Assembly: GCA_965224245.1 (NCBI GenBank)
Contig: OZ245046.1
Span: forward strand, 6,016,001-6,080,000
DNA length: 64,000 nt
From: Candidatus Eiseniibacteriota bacterium
Lineage (GTDB): Bacteria; Eisenbacteria; RBG-16-71-46; CAZAMP01
Direction of reading: 5' to 3'
A program made the translations under genes and the position numbers. This document shows positions 10,363-30,135 of this stretch, one piece after another (position 1 is the stretch's first letter; each line of letters begins with the position of its first letter). The notes beneath the pieces were generated by a model. The model had not been told where the DNA came from and ran no database searches. It saw nothing but the letters and a program-made list of their open reading frames with translations.

Positions 10363-10438
<76 letters not shown>

Positions 10439-10533
10439 GGTTTCGATCGTGAGCGCCGGGCTGCGTGCCCCGCTCAGTCGTGGTTCTCGGATCGGGGTTG
10501 GACCCGATCGTCGCCCTGAGGAGATGTCTGGCA

Positions 10534-11739
<1,206 letters not shown>

Positions 11740-11798
11740 CGAAACGCGACGCGATCCCGCGGGTCGGCCCCGTGGGATCGGCTCGCGGCGGGACACGC

Positions 11799-11874
<76 letters not shown>

Positions 11875-11936
11875 GATCGTCATTCAGGGTGCGAGACGTC
11901 TCCAGCGACGGTCGCCTCACGCGGAGCTCGGGTCTC

Positions 11937-12137
11937 ATGCAGATCGTTGAAAAGGGTCGGACGTTCCTCGGCGAGGTCGTCGTCGAGATGAAGAAGATCA
12001 CGTGGCCCTCGCGCGAAGACCTGCGCGAGTCGACCGTCGTCGTGATCGTGTCGGTCGCCATTCTCGCGGTGGTGCTGGGAATCGTGGACCGCGTCCTGAC
12101 CATCATCCTGAATCAGATTCTGAAGATCGTAGCCTAG
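11937..12137 (+). CDS. secE: Preprotein translocase subunit SecE
   Basis: EMKKITWPSREDL motif plus a single TM helix; synteny. Confidence 0.93.
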   Translation: MQIVEKGRTFLGEVVVEMKKITWPSREDLRESTVVVIVSVAILAVVLGIVDRVLTIILNQILKIVA

Positions 12138-12150
12138 GGTGGACCTCACG

Positions 12151-12681
12151 ATGTCTAAGCGCTGGTACGTTCTACACACGTACTCGGGACACGAGAACAA
12201 GGTCAAGACGAACCTCGAGAAGGCCATCGAGTACGCGGGGCTCGGGGACTCGTTCGGGCAGATTCTCGTGGTGACCGAGGACATAGCCGAGATGCGGAAC
12301 GGCAAGCGCACGGTCTCGAAGAAGAAGACGTTCCCGAGCTACGTCCTGATCGAGATGGACATCTCCCCCGAGACCCAGGCCCTCGTCCAGAACATTCCCG
12401 GCGTCACGCGCTTCGTGGGCACGCCGAGCGGACCGATGGCGCTCCGACAGGAAGAGGTCGAGCGCATCCTCAACAAGGACGAGACCGAGAAGACGCGCAC
12501 GCGCACCGAGGTGCCGTTCAAGGTGGGCGAGCACGTACGCGTCGTGGACGGACCCTTCAACGACTTCACCGGCGTGGTCGACGAGATCGATCACGAACGC
12601 GGCAAGATCAAGGTCATGGTCTCGATCTTCGGTCGCGCGACGCCCGTGGAGCTCGACTTCCTTCAGGTAAAAGAGATCTAG
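12151..12681 (+). CDS. nusG: Transcription factor NusG
   Basis: [19 protein letters not shown] domain, [10 protein letters not shown]. Confidence 0.98.
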   Translation: MSKRWYVLHTYSGHENKVKTNLEKAIEYAGLGDSFGQILVVTEDIAEMRNGKRTVSKKKTFPSYVLIEMDISPETQALVQNIPGVTRFVGTPSGPMALRQEEVERILNKDETEKTRTRTEVPFKVGEHVRVVDGPFNDFTGVVDEIDHERGKIKVMVSIFGRATPVELDFLQVKEI

Positions 12682-12709
12682 GGCTCGATCGTTTCATCGG
12701 AGGTTCGGC

Positions 12710-13135
12710 GTGGCCAAGACACCCATCGCGCAGGTGAGAATTCAGCTTCCGGCCGGTGGAGCGACCCCGGCCCCGCCGGTGGCGCCGGCGCTCGGACCGC
12801 ACGGCATCAACCTGGCCGAGTTCTGCAAGGCGTTCAACGCGCAGACGCAGCATCAGTCCGGCCTGGTCGTCCCGGCCGTGGTGACCGTGTACAACGATCG
12901 CTCGTTCTCGTTCATCACCAAGACGCCGCCGGCGTCGATCCTGATCAAGAAGTCGATCTCCCTGGCCAAGGGGTCGGGCGTTCCGAACCGCGACAAGGTC
13001 GGGCGGATCTCTCGCGCGCAGCTCGAGGAGATCGCCAGGACCAAGGACCCCGACCTGAACGCGTACGAGCTGGACCAGGCAGTCAAGATCATCGCCGGTA
13101 CCGCTCGCAGCATGGGCGTCGAGGTCGACTGGTGA
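12710..13135 (+). CDS. rplK: 50S ribosomal protein L11
   Basis: [26 protein letters not shown]. Confidence 0.98.
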   Translation: MAKTPIAQVRIQLPAGGATPAPPVAPALGPHGINLAEFCKAFNAQTQHQSGLVVPAVVTVYNDRSFSFITKTPPASILIKKSISLAKGSGVPNRDKVGRISRAQLEEIARTKDPDLNAYELDQAVKIIAGTARSMGVEVDW

Positions 13136-13278
13136 CGGTCGGCCGTCGACCTGTGCGAAGTCGCTAACGCGCCCGTCCCCGCGGCGGGTGCTTCTCACGG
13201 TCGGTCTCCGGGCCGACCGGCGTCGATCGAACCACCGTCGTCCTCCCGGGACGCGCGCGGTGGGAGACGAGGAGGAAC

Positions 13279-13989
13279 ATGAGGCACGGAAAGCGCTATC
13301 GGACGTCGATGTCCAGGCGCAAGGAGCTCGGTGCGACGAAGCCGGTGGCACTGGTTTCGGCCATCGATGCAGTGCTCGCGCTGGCATCGGCCAAGTTCGA
13401 TGAGACCGTCGAGGTGGCGACGCGGCTCGGCGTCGACCCCCGCCACGCGGATCAGATGGTCCGCGGCACCTGTGCGCTTCCGCACGGGACCGGCAAGACC
13501 AAACGCGTCCTCGTCTTCGCCAAGGGCGAGAAGGTGACCGAGGCCGAGGGTGCCGGTGCCGACTACGTCGGCGGCGAGGATCTGATGGAGAAGATCCAGG
13601 GCGGGTGGTTCGACTTCGAGGCCGTCGTGGCCACGCCGGACATGATGAGCGTCGTGGGACGGCTGGGCAAGCTGCTCGGGCCGAAGGGCCTGATGCCCAC
13701 GCCGAAGACCGGCACCGTCACGCACGACGTCGCGAAGGCCGTCAGTGAAATCAAGGCCGGTCGCGTGGAGTACCGCGTCGACCGTCAGGGCAACGTCCAC
13801 GTTCCGGTGGGGAAGATCTCCTTCGGCAAGGAGAAGCTCCTCGGGAACGTGTCGTCGCTGTTGGGTGAGATCGTCAAGGCCAAGCCGTCCGCGGCCAAGG
13901 GGACGTATCTCAAGAGCGTCACGCTGTCGAGCACGATGGGCCCGGGAGTGCCCGTCGACACCGCCGACGTGATCTCCTCGGTCGCGTAA
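13279..13989 (+). CDS. rplA: 50S ribosomal protein L1
   Basis: [28 protein letters not shown]. Confidence 0.98.
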   Translation: MRHGKRYRTSMSRRKELGATKPVALVSAIDAVLALASAKFDETVEVATRLGVDPRHADQMVRGTCALPHGTGKTKRVLVFAKGEKVTEAEGAGADYVGGEDLMEKIQGGWFDFEAVVATPDMMSVVGRLGKLLGPKGLMPTPKTGTVTHDVAKAVSEIKAGRVEYRVDRQGNVHVPVGKISFGKEKLLGNVSSLLGEIVKAKPSAAKGTYLKSVTLSSTMGPGVPVDTADVISSVA

Positions 13990-14003
13990 GGAGCAACGGA
14001 GAA

Positions 14004-14528
14004 ATGGCCAAGCACGAGAAAGTCCAGCTTGTCGCCGAGTACACCGAGCTCCTGAAGTCGTCCAAGAGCATGTACTTGGCCGACTACGTGGGCCTGGACG
14101 TCGGCAGCATGGAAGAGCTGCGTGCCCAGTGTCGCAATCAGTCGATCCGCTTTCAGGTGGTGAAGAATCGCCTCCTCAGGCGGGCGGCCAGCGACCTCGG
14201 GTACGAGGCACTGGGAGAGCACCTGACCGGACCCATCGCGATCGCCGTCAGCGATCTCGACGAGGTGTCCCCGGCCAAGGTGATCTCGAAGTTCGCGAAG
14301 GAGCACAAGACCAGCAAGCCGGCGCTGCGAGGCGCGGTCGTGGACGGAAACGTCTACGGACCGAACGAGGCGGAAGCCCTCTCGAAGCTGCCGAGCCTGG
14401 ACGAGACGCGGTCGATGCTCCTCAACGTACTCAGCGCGCCGGCCTCGCAGCTCGTGCGCATCATCGCCGCGCCCGGAACGCAGATCGCCCGCGTTCTGGA
14501 CGCGCGCAAGGATACGCTCACCGACTGA
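14004..14528 (+). CDS. rplJ: 50S ribosomal protein L10
   Basis: DYVGL, VVKNRL, LSKLPS; synteny. Confidence 0.95.
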   Translation: MAKHEKVQLVAEYTELLKSSKSMYLADYVGLDVGSMEELRAQCRNQSIRFQVVKNRLLRRAASDLGYEALGEHLTGPIAIAVSDLDEVSPAKVISKFAKEHKTSKPALRGAVVDGNVYGPNEAEALSKLPSLDETRSMLLNVLSAPASQLVRIIAAPGTQIARVLDARKDTLTD

Positions 14529-14667
14529 TCGCCCGGGCGAGACGGCGAGGACCGCGCGAGCGGACACCGCCTCTCGACGCGGACGATCACGCACCGCGCG
14601 GTGCGTCGACAGTTGAGAACCGACACGTGACGCCGACCCGATCGGCAACAAGGGAGACGATAAGACA

Positions 14668-15042
14668 ATGGCAGACCTGAACGCGATCAAGGACAGCCTC
14701 AGCCAGCTCACGCTGAAGGAAGCCGCCGAGCTCGTTTCGATCCTCGAGGAAGAGTGGGGCGTGACGGCGGCGGCGCCGGTCGCCGTGGCCGCGGTCGCCG
14801 GTGACGCCGGCGGTGCCGCCGCGGCCGAGCAGACCGAGTTCGACGTGATCCTGTCCGCGGCCGGCGACAAGAAGATCGCGGTGATCAAGGAAGTCCGCGC
14901 GATCACGGGCCTGGGCCTCAAGGAGGCCAAGGAGCTGGTCGACGGTGCGCCGAAGCCGGTCAAGGAGAAGGTGTCCAAGGACGACGCCGAGAAGATCAAG
15001 GAGCAGCTCGAGGGCGCCGGAGCCGTCATCGAGATCAAGTAG
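14668..15042 (+). CDS. rplL: 50S ribosomal protein L7/L12
   Basis: [30 protein letters not shown]. Confidence 0.98.
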   Translation: MADLNAIKDSLSQLTLKEAAELVSILEEEWGVTAAAPVAVAAVAGDAGGAAAAEQTEFDVILSAAGDKKIAVIKEVRAITGLGLKEAKELVDGAPKPVKEKVSKDDAEKIKEQLEGAGAVIEIK

Positions 15043-15351
15043 AGCACCGCACGAGCCCGCGCGCGCCCGCGTGCGCGCGCGGCTCTCGTGCACCGACGTC
15101 GCCCGCGCGCCCGCGCGGCCGGCGGCGAGCGTTTCGAGGCCGTGCGGGGGCGACGCCCCGGCGGCCGACGATCGACGCGGGGGCCGCCCCAGGTCCGGTC
15201 GAGGACGTATCGCGGAAGTTCCTCGTCGGACGAAACCTACGGCCCCGTGTGGATGTTCGAGATCTGGGGCACGAGGGCCAGAGGTGCGCCGCCCGACCTT
15301 GCTCGCTGACGCGTGCTCGGTCGGCGGTCCAGCCGGAAGGTGGAACGAGAC

Positions 15352-19215
<3,864 letters not shown>

Positions 19216-19363
19216 GTACCCGCCACGCCGGCGCGGCGGAACCACCGCCGCGTCGGGTGATCGGGCATCGATATGACGGGCTTTGCGACGCAACGTCCTG
19301 GCCGATCGCACCGCGCGCCGTCCGCGCGCGCGTGATCGGTCGCCTCCACCGAGGAGTTCGCTG

Positions 19364-23551
<4,188 letters not shown>

Positions 23552-23570
23552 CGGCCCCTCGACGTGTCCG

Positions 23571-23603
23571 GATGCCCCGGGGGCCCAGCGCTCCCGGGGC
23601 ATC
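23571..23603 (+). terminator. Hairpin downstream of rpoC (possible terminator)
   Basis: GATGCCCCGGG/CCCGGGGCATC 11-bp inverted repeat; no U-tract. Confidence 0.45.
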
Positions 23604-23648
23604 GTCATGCAGGGCGCGGCCGAGCGCTCCAGCCGGTAGAATGAGCGC

Positions 23649-24263
23649 ATGACCCTCCGCGACACGATCATCTATCTCATCGGAGTGCCGGCCGTCGGCA
23701 AGTACACGACGGCGAAGGCGATCGCGCGCCTGTCCGGCGCCATCGTGGTCGACAATCAGCTCATCAACAATCCCGTGTTCAGCGTCGTCGGGTACGACGG
23801 CACCGACGCGGTACCGCTCCCGGCGCGTGTCTGGACCCACACCGACACGATCCGGGGCGCCGTGCTGGCCGCGATCCGCGAGTGCGGCCCGCCCGGCGCC
23901 AGCTACGTGCTCACGAACGTCCTCGAGGCCACGCCCGAGGACGAGGCTCTCTTCCGAACGATCGAGGATCTGGCCGTCGCTCGCGGTGCGACCTTCGTTC
24001 CGGTCTGGCTGACCTGCGACGCGGCCACGATCCGGCTTCGCAAGGACGCTCCCGACCGACGCACGCGGCTCAAGGACGTCGATCTGACCACGATCGACTG
24101 GTGGCTCCACGAGTTCGAGCTCCTCCGCGTCGTGCACCCCAACGCGCTCGAGCTCGACACCTCGACGGGGACGGCGGATGCCACGGCGCGGCGCATCCTG
24201 ACGCACGTGGCCGCCGTCGCCCCCGGCGCGGCCGGGCCCGACGGTCGCCACTCACCGGAGTAG
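23649..24263 (+). CDS. P-loop small-molecule kinase-like protein (AAA_33/shikimate-kinase fold)
   Basis: IYLIGVPAVGKYT Walker A, R-x-R lid, LELDTS C-terminal motif. Confidence 0.7.
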   Translation: MTLRDTIIYLIGVPAVGKYTTAKAIARLSGAIVVDNQLINNPVFSVVGYDGTDAVPLPARVWTHTDTIRGAVLAAIRECGPPGASYVLTNVLEATPEDEALFRTIEDLAVARGATFVPVWLTCDAATIRLRKDAPDRRTRLKDVDLTTIDWWLHEFELLRVVHPNALELDTSTGTADATARRILTHVAAVAPGAAGPDGRHSPE

Positions 24264-27140
24264 GACGAAGGTGGCGGTCTCGATCGTATCGGCCGCCCGG
24301 AGCCGGACGAAGTAGCGGCCGCTGGCGACCGGCGCTCGGTTCTCTGCCCGACCGTCCCACGTGATCTCGAAGCGTCCGGGAGTCTGGTGACCCCTGAACA
24401 AGGTTGCGACGTGTCGTCCGTTCACGTCGTAGACCGAGACGTCGACGTCACCCGCGGACGCGACCTCGTAGCCGACGGTGGCGCGGGGCGCGACCGGATT
24501 GGGGGCGACGAAGCGGATCCCGGCACGCGGGGCGACCGCGGGACCATCCTCGGCACCGACGACGAGCTCGAAGCGCTCGAAGACGACGTCGTCTACGGCC
24601 GCCTCGAGGACGTGATCGACGTCGTCGTCGCACGCCGTGAACCGGAGCAGCACGGTTGCGCTCGGCACGATGGGGCCGCAGAGGCGGAAGCTGGCGTCGG
24701 TCCACCCCGGCGCGGCGGCCGAGACCTCTTCGAGGAGCGTCCAGGTCCCCCCGTTGGTCGTGGCCTCCACGCGCAGGATGTCTCCGGGATCGCCGTCGGG
24801 CTCGCGATAGAAGTGTCGCCGGTACCGAACACGACCGCCTTCGGCACCGGAGAGATCGTACACCGGCGTGATCGCGGTCGTGCAGCCGTTGTCGACGTCG
24901 TTGGCGGAAGCATCGCCCTCGGCGGCGGCGCCGGTCACGACGCAGAGGATCCCCGGGTCCGCGGTGTGATCGTCCTCGGGCTGGGCGATCTCGCCTCCGT
25001 GCATGGTCTGCTCGGGGTCGGCGATCTCCCACACACCGTCGGTGGCCGTGTCGCTGAACAGCCCCAGGATCCAGCCGCCGTCGGTCTCCAGATCGTCCTG
25101 GAGCGCGACGCTCGCGGTACCGGTCTGGAAGCTGTGAACGGACGCAGGCGCGTCAGGGGGGCTGGTGGCGGTGTTCCCGGAGGGATCGATCACGCTCGCG
25201 TAGAACGTCACGGTCGTCGGAGAGTCGAGATCGGTCACGTCGTGGCGAAACGTCCCGGTCTCATCGAGCGCCATGGGGATGGTCACGAAGGGCTCGCCAC
25301 CGACGCTGACGTGGAGATCCCCCCACGCGACACCGCTGTCGTCCGAGGCCGAGACCTCGATCGTCATGACCTCGCCGGTCGGGATCACCGTGCACTCGGA
25401 CGAGGCGGTGACGCTCGGCGGCGTCACGTCGCCGTCGAGCGGAACCAGCTCTGCGAGCACACTCGTCGTGTCGCCGGCGGTGAACACGAGGTCGTCGAAG
25501 ACCTGGGGCTCGAACGCGGGATGCGAGACGTTCACGGTCTCGGTGAGAACCGACACCTCTTCCAGCACTCGTCCGTCGAGGTCCGTCTGGAACTGGGCAG
25601 GCGGTGGTCCCAGCGCCTCGACCGTGACGCCGGCGACGGGGTATCCGTAGGCCGCATGCTCGACCCTCAGGTTCAGGATCCCGCTCTGCACGGCGCGAAC
25701 GACCGCCTCGTACGCATCGATCAGGCCCATGCCGTAGGCGTTGTCGTCACCGGGCGTGCCGTGATCGATCGCGGTCTCCAGCAGAATGGTCTTGATCTCC
25801 TCGACGGTGATGTCGGGATCGGCCTCGCGCATGAGCGCGGCCGTGCCGGGCAAGTGGGGTACGGCTCGGGAGGTGCCGCTCGCGCTGCCGTAGCCGCCGC
25901 CCGGCGACGACGACCGCACGTTGCCGGGCGCGACGACCTCGGGCTTGATCGACACGCCGTCGCATCCCGACGGGCCGCGCGCCGACGACGTGGCGACGTC
26001 GTAGGGGGGTGGTCCGCCGTCGATCAGGACAGAGCCGACCGAGAAGCACGACAGCGGGGTCGCCGCTCGCTCGGCCGGGGAGGCCACGGTTCCGGGATCG
26101 GGTCCTCGATTGCTGACCGACCAGAACGTGGCGACGCCGGCCGCCTCGCAGTTGTCGATGGCGTCGTTCCAGAGCCCGTAGCAATCGGGCCATCCGAACT
26201 CTTCCTTGACCGACCAGGAGTTGCCGACCGCGTCGGGGACGTCGTCGACGGTGACCGGGTCACCGTCGGGGTCGGCGAGCCACTCCAGGGTCGTGAGGAT
26301 CGCGGCGTCGAACTCGGCCATGGTCCCGATCGCGGTGGCGTTCGCCGCGATCCAGTCCGCTCCCCAGGCCACGCCGATCGTGTCCGCGGTGGCGACCTCG
26401 AGCCCGCAGACCGTTCCCATCGATCGCGTACCGTGTCCGTCCAGGTCCTCCGGGAACGTCGGGGAGCTCCCGAGGAAATCGAGCCAGGCCGACTCCGGTG
26501 TCCCCGTCGTCGTGCCCCGCCAGCGCGCGGCGAGCGCGGGATGAGTGCCGTCCACCCCCGAATCCACGACGGCGACGAGACGTCCGGCGCCGGTGAATCC
26601 CAGCTCGTGCCAGACGTCGGTGGCACGGACGGCGCGGAGGTTCGGCTCGGCCACCCCGGGGGTACGTCGGCGCGCTGACGTCGCCTCCTCCGGATCCGGT
26701 CGCGCGAGCCGAACATCGGGCTCGACGACGTCCACGTCGTCTCGCCCGGCGATCAGGCGGATGACGTCGGGCGTGGCGCGAAAGGAGACGGCGTTCACGA
26801 TCCAGAACGACCGGTAGCGCTCGACTCGACCCTCAGCCTCGAGCGCGCCGAGCTGATCCAGCAGCGGCGCCTGCGGCTCGGCGTCCCCTCGAAGCCGTCG
26901 AACGACGATCTCGTGTCGATCGCGACGCGACAGACCCTCCGACCGGAGTCGCCGGACGAGCGCCAGCGCATCGGTGCGCTGGGGCAGAAACGCAACGACG
27001 GCTCGTTGCCCGGTCGGCTCGGCGGCCAGCGTTGCCTCCAGCGCCGGGTGAAGCGTGCCGGCGTGTGCGAGCCCGGGCGCCAGCGCAAGCGCAGCCGGGG
27101 CGAGCGCGCGAAGGATCGAGATCGGAGGGGGCCGGTGCAT
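24252..27140 (-). CDS. Secreted S8 (subtilisin-like) serine peptidase with C-terminal FlgD-Ig/T9SS-type-A-like domain
   Basis: Signal peptide; triad VVDSG, HGT, GTSRAVPH; oxyanion SNRG; C-terminal PNP...VYDVNGRHV...WDG...ASGRYFVRL. Confidence 0.9.
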   Translation of the reverse strand: MHRPPPISILRALAPAALALAPGLAHAGTLHPALEATLAAEPTGQRAVVAFLPQRTDALALVRRLRSEGLSRRDRHEIVVRRLRGDAEPQAPLLDQLGALEAEGRVERYRSFWIVNAVSFRATPDVIRLIAGRDDVDVVEPDVRLARPDPEEATSARRRTPGVAEPNLRAVRATDVWHELGFTGAGRLVAVVDSGVDGTHPALAARWRGTTTGTPESAWLDFLGSSPTFPEDLDGHGTRSMGTVCGLEVATADTIGVAWGADWIAANATAIGTMAEFDAAILTTLEWLADPDGDPVTVDDVPDAVGNSWSVKEEFGWPDCYGLWNDAIDNCEAAGVATFWSVSNRGPDPGTVASPAERAATPLSCFSVGSVLIDGGPPPYDVATSSARGPSGCDGVSIKPEVVAPGNVRSSSPGGGYGSASGTSRAVPHLPGTAALMREADPDITVEEIKTILLETAIDHGTPGDDNAYGMGLIDAYEAVVRAVQSGILNLRVEHAAYGYPVAGVTVEALGPPPAQFQTDLDGRVLEEVSVLTETVNVSHPAFEPQVFDDLVFTAGDTTSVLAELVPLDGDVTPPSVTASSECTVIPTGEVMTIEVSASDDSGVAWGDLHVSVGGEPFVTIPMALDETGTFRHDVTDLDSPTTVTFYASVIDPSGNTATSPPDAPASVHSFQTGTASVALQDDLETDGGWILGLFSDTATDGVWEIADPEQTMHGGEIAQPEDDHTADPGILCVVTGAAAEGDASANDVDNGCTTAITPVYDLSGAEGGRVRYRRHFYREPDGDPGDILRVEATTNGGTWTLLEEVSAAAPGWTDASFRLCGPIVPSATVLLRFTACDDDVDHVLEAAVDDVVFERFELVVGAEDGPAVAPRAGIRFVAPNPVAPRATVGYEVASAGDVDVSVYDVNGRHVATLFRGHQTPGRFEITWDGRAENRAPVASGRYFVRLRAADTIETATFVLLR

Positions 27141-27435
27141 GGTGAGCTCCCCGGGACGAGGTGGCCGCCGTGGTGGGCGGAGACGTTCATGATAGCAGGT
27201 GTCACGGCATCGGCTCGATTTCCAGGTTCGAGCCGCATGCGCGTCGCGCGTGGGTGTGCCCGACTCCGAACGGACGACGTTCGACGGCGCACGGCCGCGA
27301 GGTCGCCGAGCAGGGTCGGGCGCGCTAGACTACGCGAGGCCAGGGACGGCATCGGTTGATCGACAGAAACGGAGAGATCGCCATGGACCCGACGATCCCA
27401 CGGAGCCCGACGGACACCGGACGGCGGGGTGGGAC

Positions 27436-27780
27436 ATGAGCGGTCCACGCTGGCTCGGTCTTGCTCACGGCATCGTCGCCGTGCTGCTCCTGCCGCTGGT
27501 GATCACGCTGGACGAGATCGTGCTCATCGCCATTCCCGGCTGGCTGGGGCTTCTCGGCATCCAGCTCTGGCACGGACAGTCCGGGCTCGGCGGTCAGCTT
27601 CGCTGGACGCACATGATCATGTCGGTGGTGGCCGTGCTGCTGATGGGCTACGGGGCCTTCGTGCTGGTGGCGAGCGCCGAGCACGCGCTCCTGCGGGGGC
27701 TCCTGCCGATCGGGCTGGGAATTCCCCTCGGCGCGCTCGCCGTGATCTCGCTGGCGATGTCGCGGGGTCTCGATCGATAG
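27436..27780 (+). CDS. Small integral membrane protein (about 4 TM)
   Basis: Four hydrophobic segments after ATG 27436. Confidence 0.55.
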   Translation: MSGPRWLGLAHGIVAVLLLPLVITLDEIVLIAIPGWLGLLGIQLWHGQSGLGGQLRWTHMIMSVVAVLLMGYGAFVLVASAEHALLRGLLPIGLGIPLGALAVISLAMSRGLDR

Positions 27781-27934
27781 GCCCTGACGATCCCGTGGGC
27801 CGGTGCGCATCACTGGCCCGCGAGCACCGGCGGACCTGGAGGGTCAGGCTCGTGTCCGAGACCGACCGGTGCCGCCCGGGAGGTTCCCGGATCCCGGACG
27901 ACACCGGCGTTCCCGAAACGTCGAGGCGCGCCGT

Positions 27935-29242
27935 CTAGAAGCTGAAGCGCGCCCGTGCATACACGTTGTCGTTGTCGTCGTTCATCCCGAACAGCGTGCG
28001 TTCGTCGTTGCCCTGGAACACGTTCGCTCCCAGCGTGAGCTTCAGCTGGTCGCTGTAGTCGTAGTCGACCGCCATCCGGACGTAGCCGTCCTCCTCGGTC
28101 GGGGAGTAGAACCCGAAGCCGGACAGGGTCAACGTCTGATACATGAGCTGCTGCCGGAGGCGCACCGTGGCCAGCATCCGGTTCTCGTCCTTCAGGTAGG
28201 CATCGGGGCCGAACGCGGCGTCCAGCGAGCGGCGCGCCAGGTCGTAGTCCTGCATGCCCTCCCAGTAGAGCTGGGCCCCACCGGTGAAGTCCGACCACCA
28301 GGTGCGCTCGTAGCCGGCCATCCCCCGGATCTCCGAGTTGGGAACGAGGGGATCGTCGCCGTCGGGATCGTCGGCCGAGTCGTAGTACGCACCCTCGGCC
28401 CAGCCCACGCCGCCGAACAGGGGACCGCGGACGCTCGCGCCCCAGCTCCGGAGCTCGGGGTGGAAGAACGCCACGGGCATCATCTCGCCCCCGACGTCTC
28501 CCAGGACCAGACCCGACGGGGACTTCCAGTAGCCCACGTACCCGTACGCGGCGACGTTGTAGCTGCCCATGTACCGGTTCAGACGGAACGCGAGCTCGCC
28601 GTTCTCCAGCGTCTCGTCCGGCGGCGTGGTGGGCACGAACGCCGGCGACCAGATGGCCAGTCGCTCGCCCATCGGGACGTCGTCCGGGGTGAACGTCGGC
28701 GTGTACACGAGATCGACCGCCACCGGCAGGCCGAAGATCCCGATCCGAACCGCGTCGGACGGGCGCTTCAGGTACTGGTCCTCGCGGCCCACGAAGAAGC
28801 TCACCCAGTCCTTGGGGAAGAGGTCGTTGATGAACAGGAGGTCGCCGGTTCCCCAGGTCGTGGGCTGGCGGCCGGCACGCACCTCGACCCGGTCCGCGAA
28901 CGCGTTGAACTTCGCGTAGCCCTCACGGACGTCGATGGTGGCGTCGCCGCCGGCGACCTGATCGGAGAGGAGATCCACCACGAAGTGTCCCTCTCCGACG
29001 TCGCCGTACACGTCTCCCTTGAGCTGCACGCGGGTCTCACGGAGCGGAAAGTCCGAGTCCGCCCCCCAGACGGGGGGCAGGGAGTCGGCCGGAACGTCAC
29101 CCCACTCGACCGGCGGGGGCGAGGGGTCGTACAGGCGCACGCCGGTCGCCGTCTCCAGGAATCCGTGGAGCTCCAGCTCTGCACTCGCAGGAGTCAGCCA
29201 GGCCAGCATCAGGCCGGCCGCTCCGAGCATGACACGTCGCAT
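27935..29242 (-). CDS. Outer-membrane beta-barrel protein (DUF1302-like)
   Basis: Signal peptide, alternating aromatic/polar strands, GRQPTTWG, terminal YARARFSF (BAM-type Phe). Confidence 0.75.
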   Translation of the reverse strand: MRRVMLGAAGLMLAWLTPASAELELHGFLETATGVRLYDPSPPPVEWGDVPADSLPPVWGADSDFPLRETRVQLKGDVYGDVGEGHFVVDLLSDQVAGGDATIDVREGYAKFNAFADRVEVRAGRQPTTWGTGDLLFINDLFPKDWVSFFVGREDQYLKRPSDAVRIGIFGLPVAVDLVYTPTFTPDDVPMGERLAIWSPAFVPTTPPDETLENGELAFRLNRYMGSYNVAAYGYVGYWKSPSGLVLGDVGGEMMPVAFFHPELRSWGASVRGPLFGGVGWAEGAYYDSADDPDGDDPLVPNSEIRGMAGYERTWWSDFTGGAQLYWEGMQDYDLARRSLDAAFGPDAYLKDENRMLATVRLRQQLMYQTLTLSGFGFYSPTEEDGYVRMAVDYDYSDQLKLTLGANVFQGNDERTLFGMNDDNDNVYARARFSF

Positions 29243-29278
29243 GACGATGCTTCCTCCGTCCGCACGCGGTGCGTGCGC

Positions 29279-30082
29279 CTACTTCTGGATGTACTTGCGC
29301 GGCGGGCTCTTCAGGTACCGTTCGCTGAAGACGTCCGCCTCGATGCCCTCGTCGTACGAGATCTCGTCGAACGTGATCTCGGTCGTGTTCTCCTTGCGAG
29401 GGGTGGACATCCGGCGCTGGACGGCGGTCGGATGACCGTCGGCGTCGACGATCTCGAGGCTCTCGAAGAGCTTCAGCAGCTGGTCCTTGTCGTCGTAGTA
29501 CTCCTCGCGCAGGATCAGCATGGACGCCTCGTCGATCCAGGTGACCTTCCGCGCGAAGTAGTCCTTCTCCTTGGGCGTGCTCTCGATCACGATCGTCTGG
29601 TACCCGTCGCGCTCCTCCTCGCGCAGCAGCGTGTGGGTGTCGTTCGTCCAGTGACGTCCGCTGACGTCCTCGTAGCTGAAGTCGCTGCCCACGAAGCTGC
29701 TCTCCTTGTCGTTGGCGGAGATCGGCTTCACGAGATCCAGCGCCGGGATGTAGATCCAGCGGGCGTCGTCGGCCGCCGGGTCCTTCCAGGCCATGAACGT
29801 CGTGCGGCGCACGTCGTTGGGCTCGAAGAAGTAGACGAAGTACCGCTGCTCGCCGCCGTCCTCGAAGTCCTTCCGGAGGATGACGAAGTCGCGCTCGCGG
29901 GTGCGGCCCTTGCGATCGGTGATCGTCATCTGAACGTGCGCCGCGCCGTCGTCGGCCGGGTAGTACATGTTCAGGTGCGCGGTCTTCATGAGCTCCTCCG
30001 CGCTCGGCGCCTGGGCGGCGACGGTGCCGGAGGTGGCCAGGAGCAGCGCCAGAGCGCCGAGAACGGGGTACGTGGCTCTCAT
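29279..30082 (-). CDS. LolA-like periplasmic carrier (outer-membrane lipoprotein-sorting protein family)
   Basis: Signal peptide; DARWIYIPAL...SFVGSDFSYED motif; YYDDKDQLLK. Confidence 0.8.
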   Translation of the reverse strand: MRATYPVLGALALLLATSGTVAAQAPSAEELMKTAHLNMYYPADDGAAHVQMTITDRKGRTRERDFVILRKDFEDGGEQRYFVYFFEPNDVRRTTFMAWKDPAADDARWIYIPALDLVKPISANDKESSFVGSDFSYEDVSGRHWTNDTHTLLREEERDGYQTIVIESTPKEKDYFARKVTWIDEASMLILREEYYDDKDQLLKLFESLEIVDADGHPTAVQRRMSTPRKENTTEITFDEISYDEGIEADVFSERYLKSPPRKYIQK

Positions 30083-30135
30083 CGTCGGATCTCCTCTTTC
30101 GGAGCACGTCGAGGGTGCGCGCGCGGCGCACCGAC

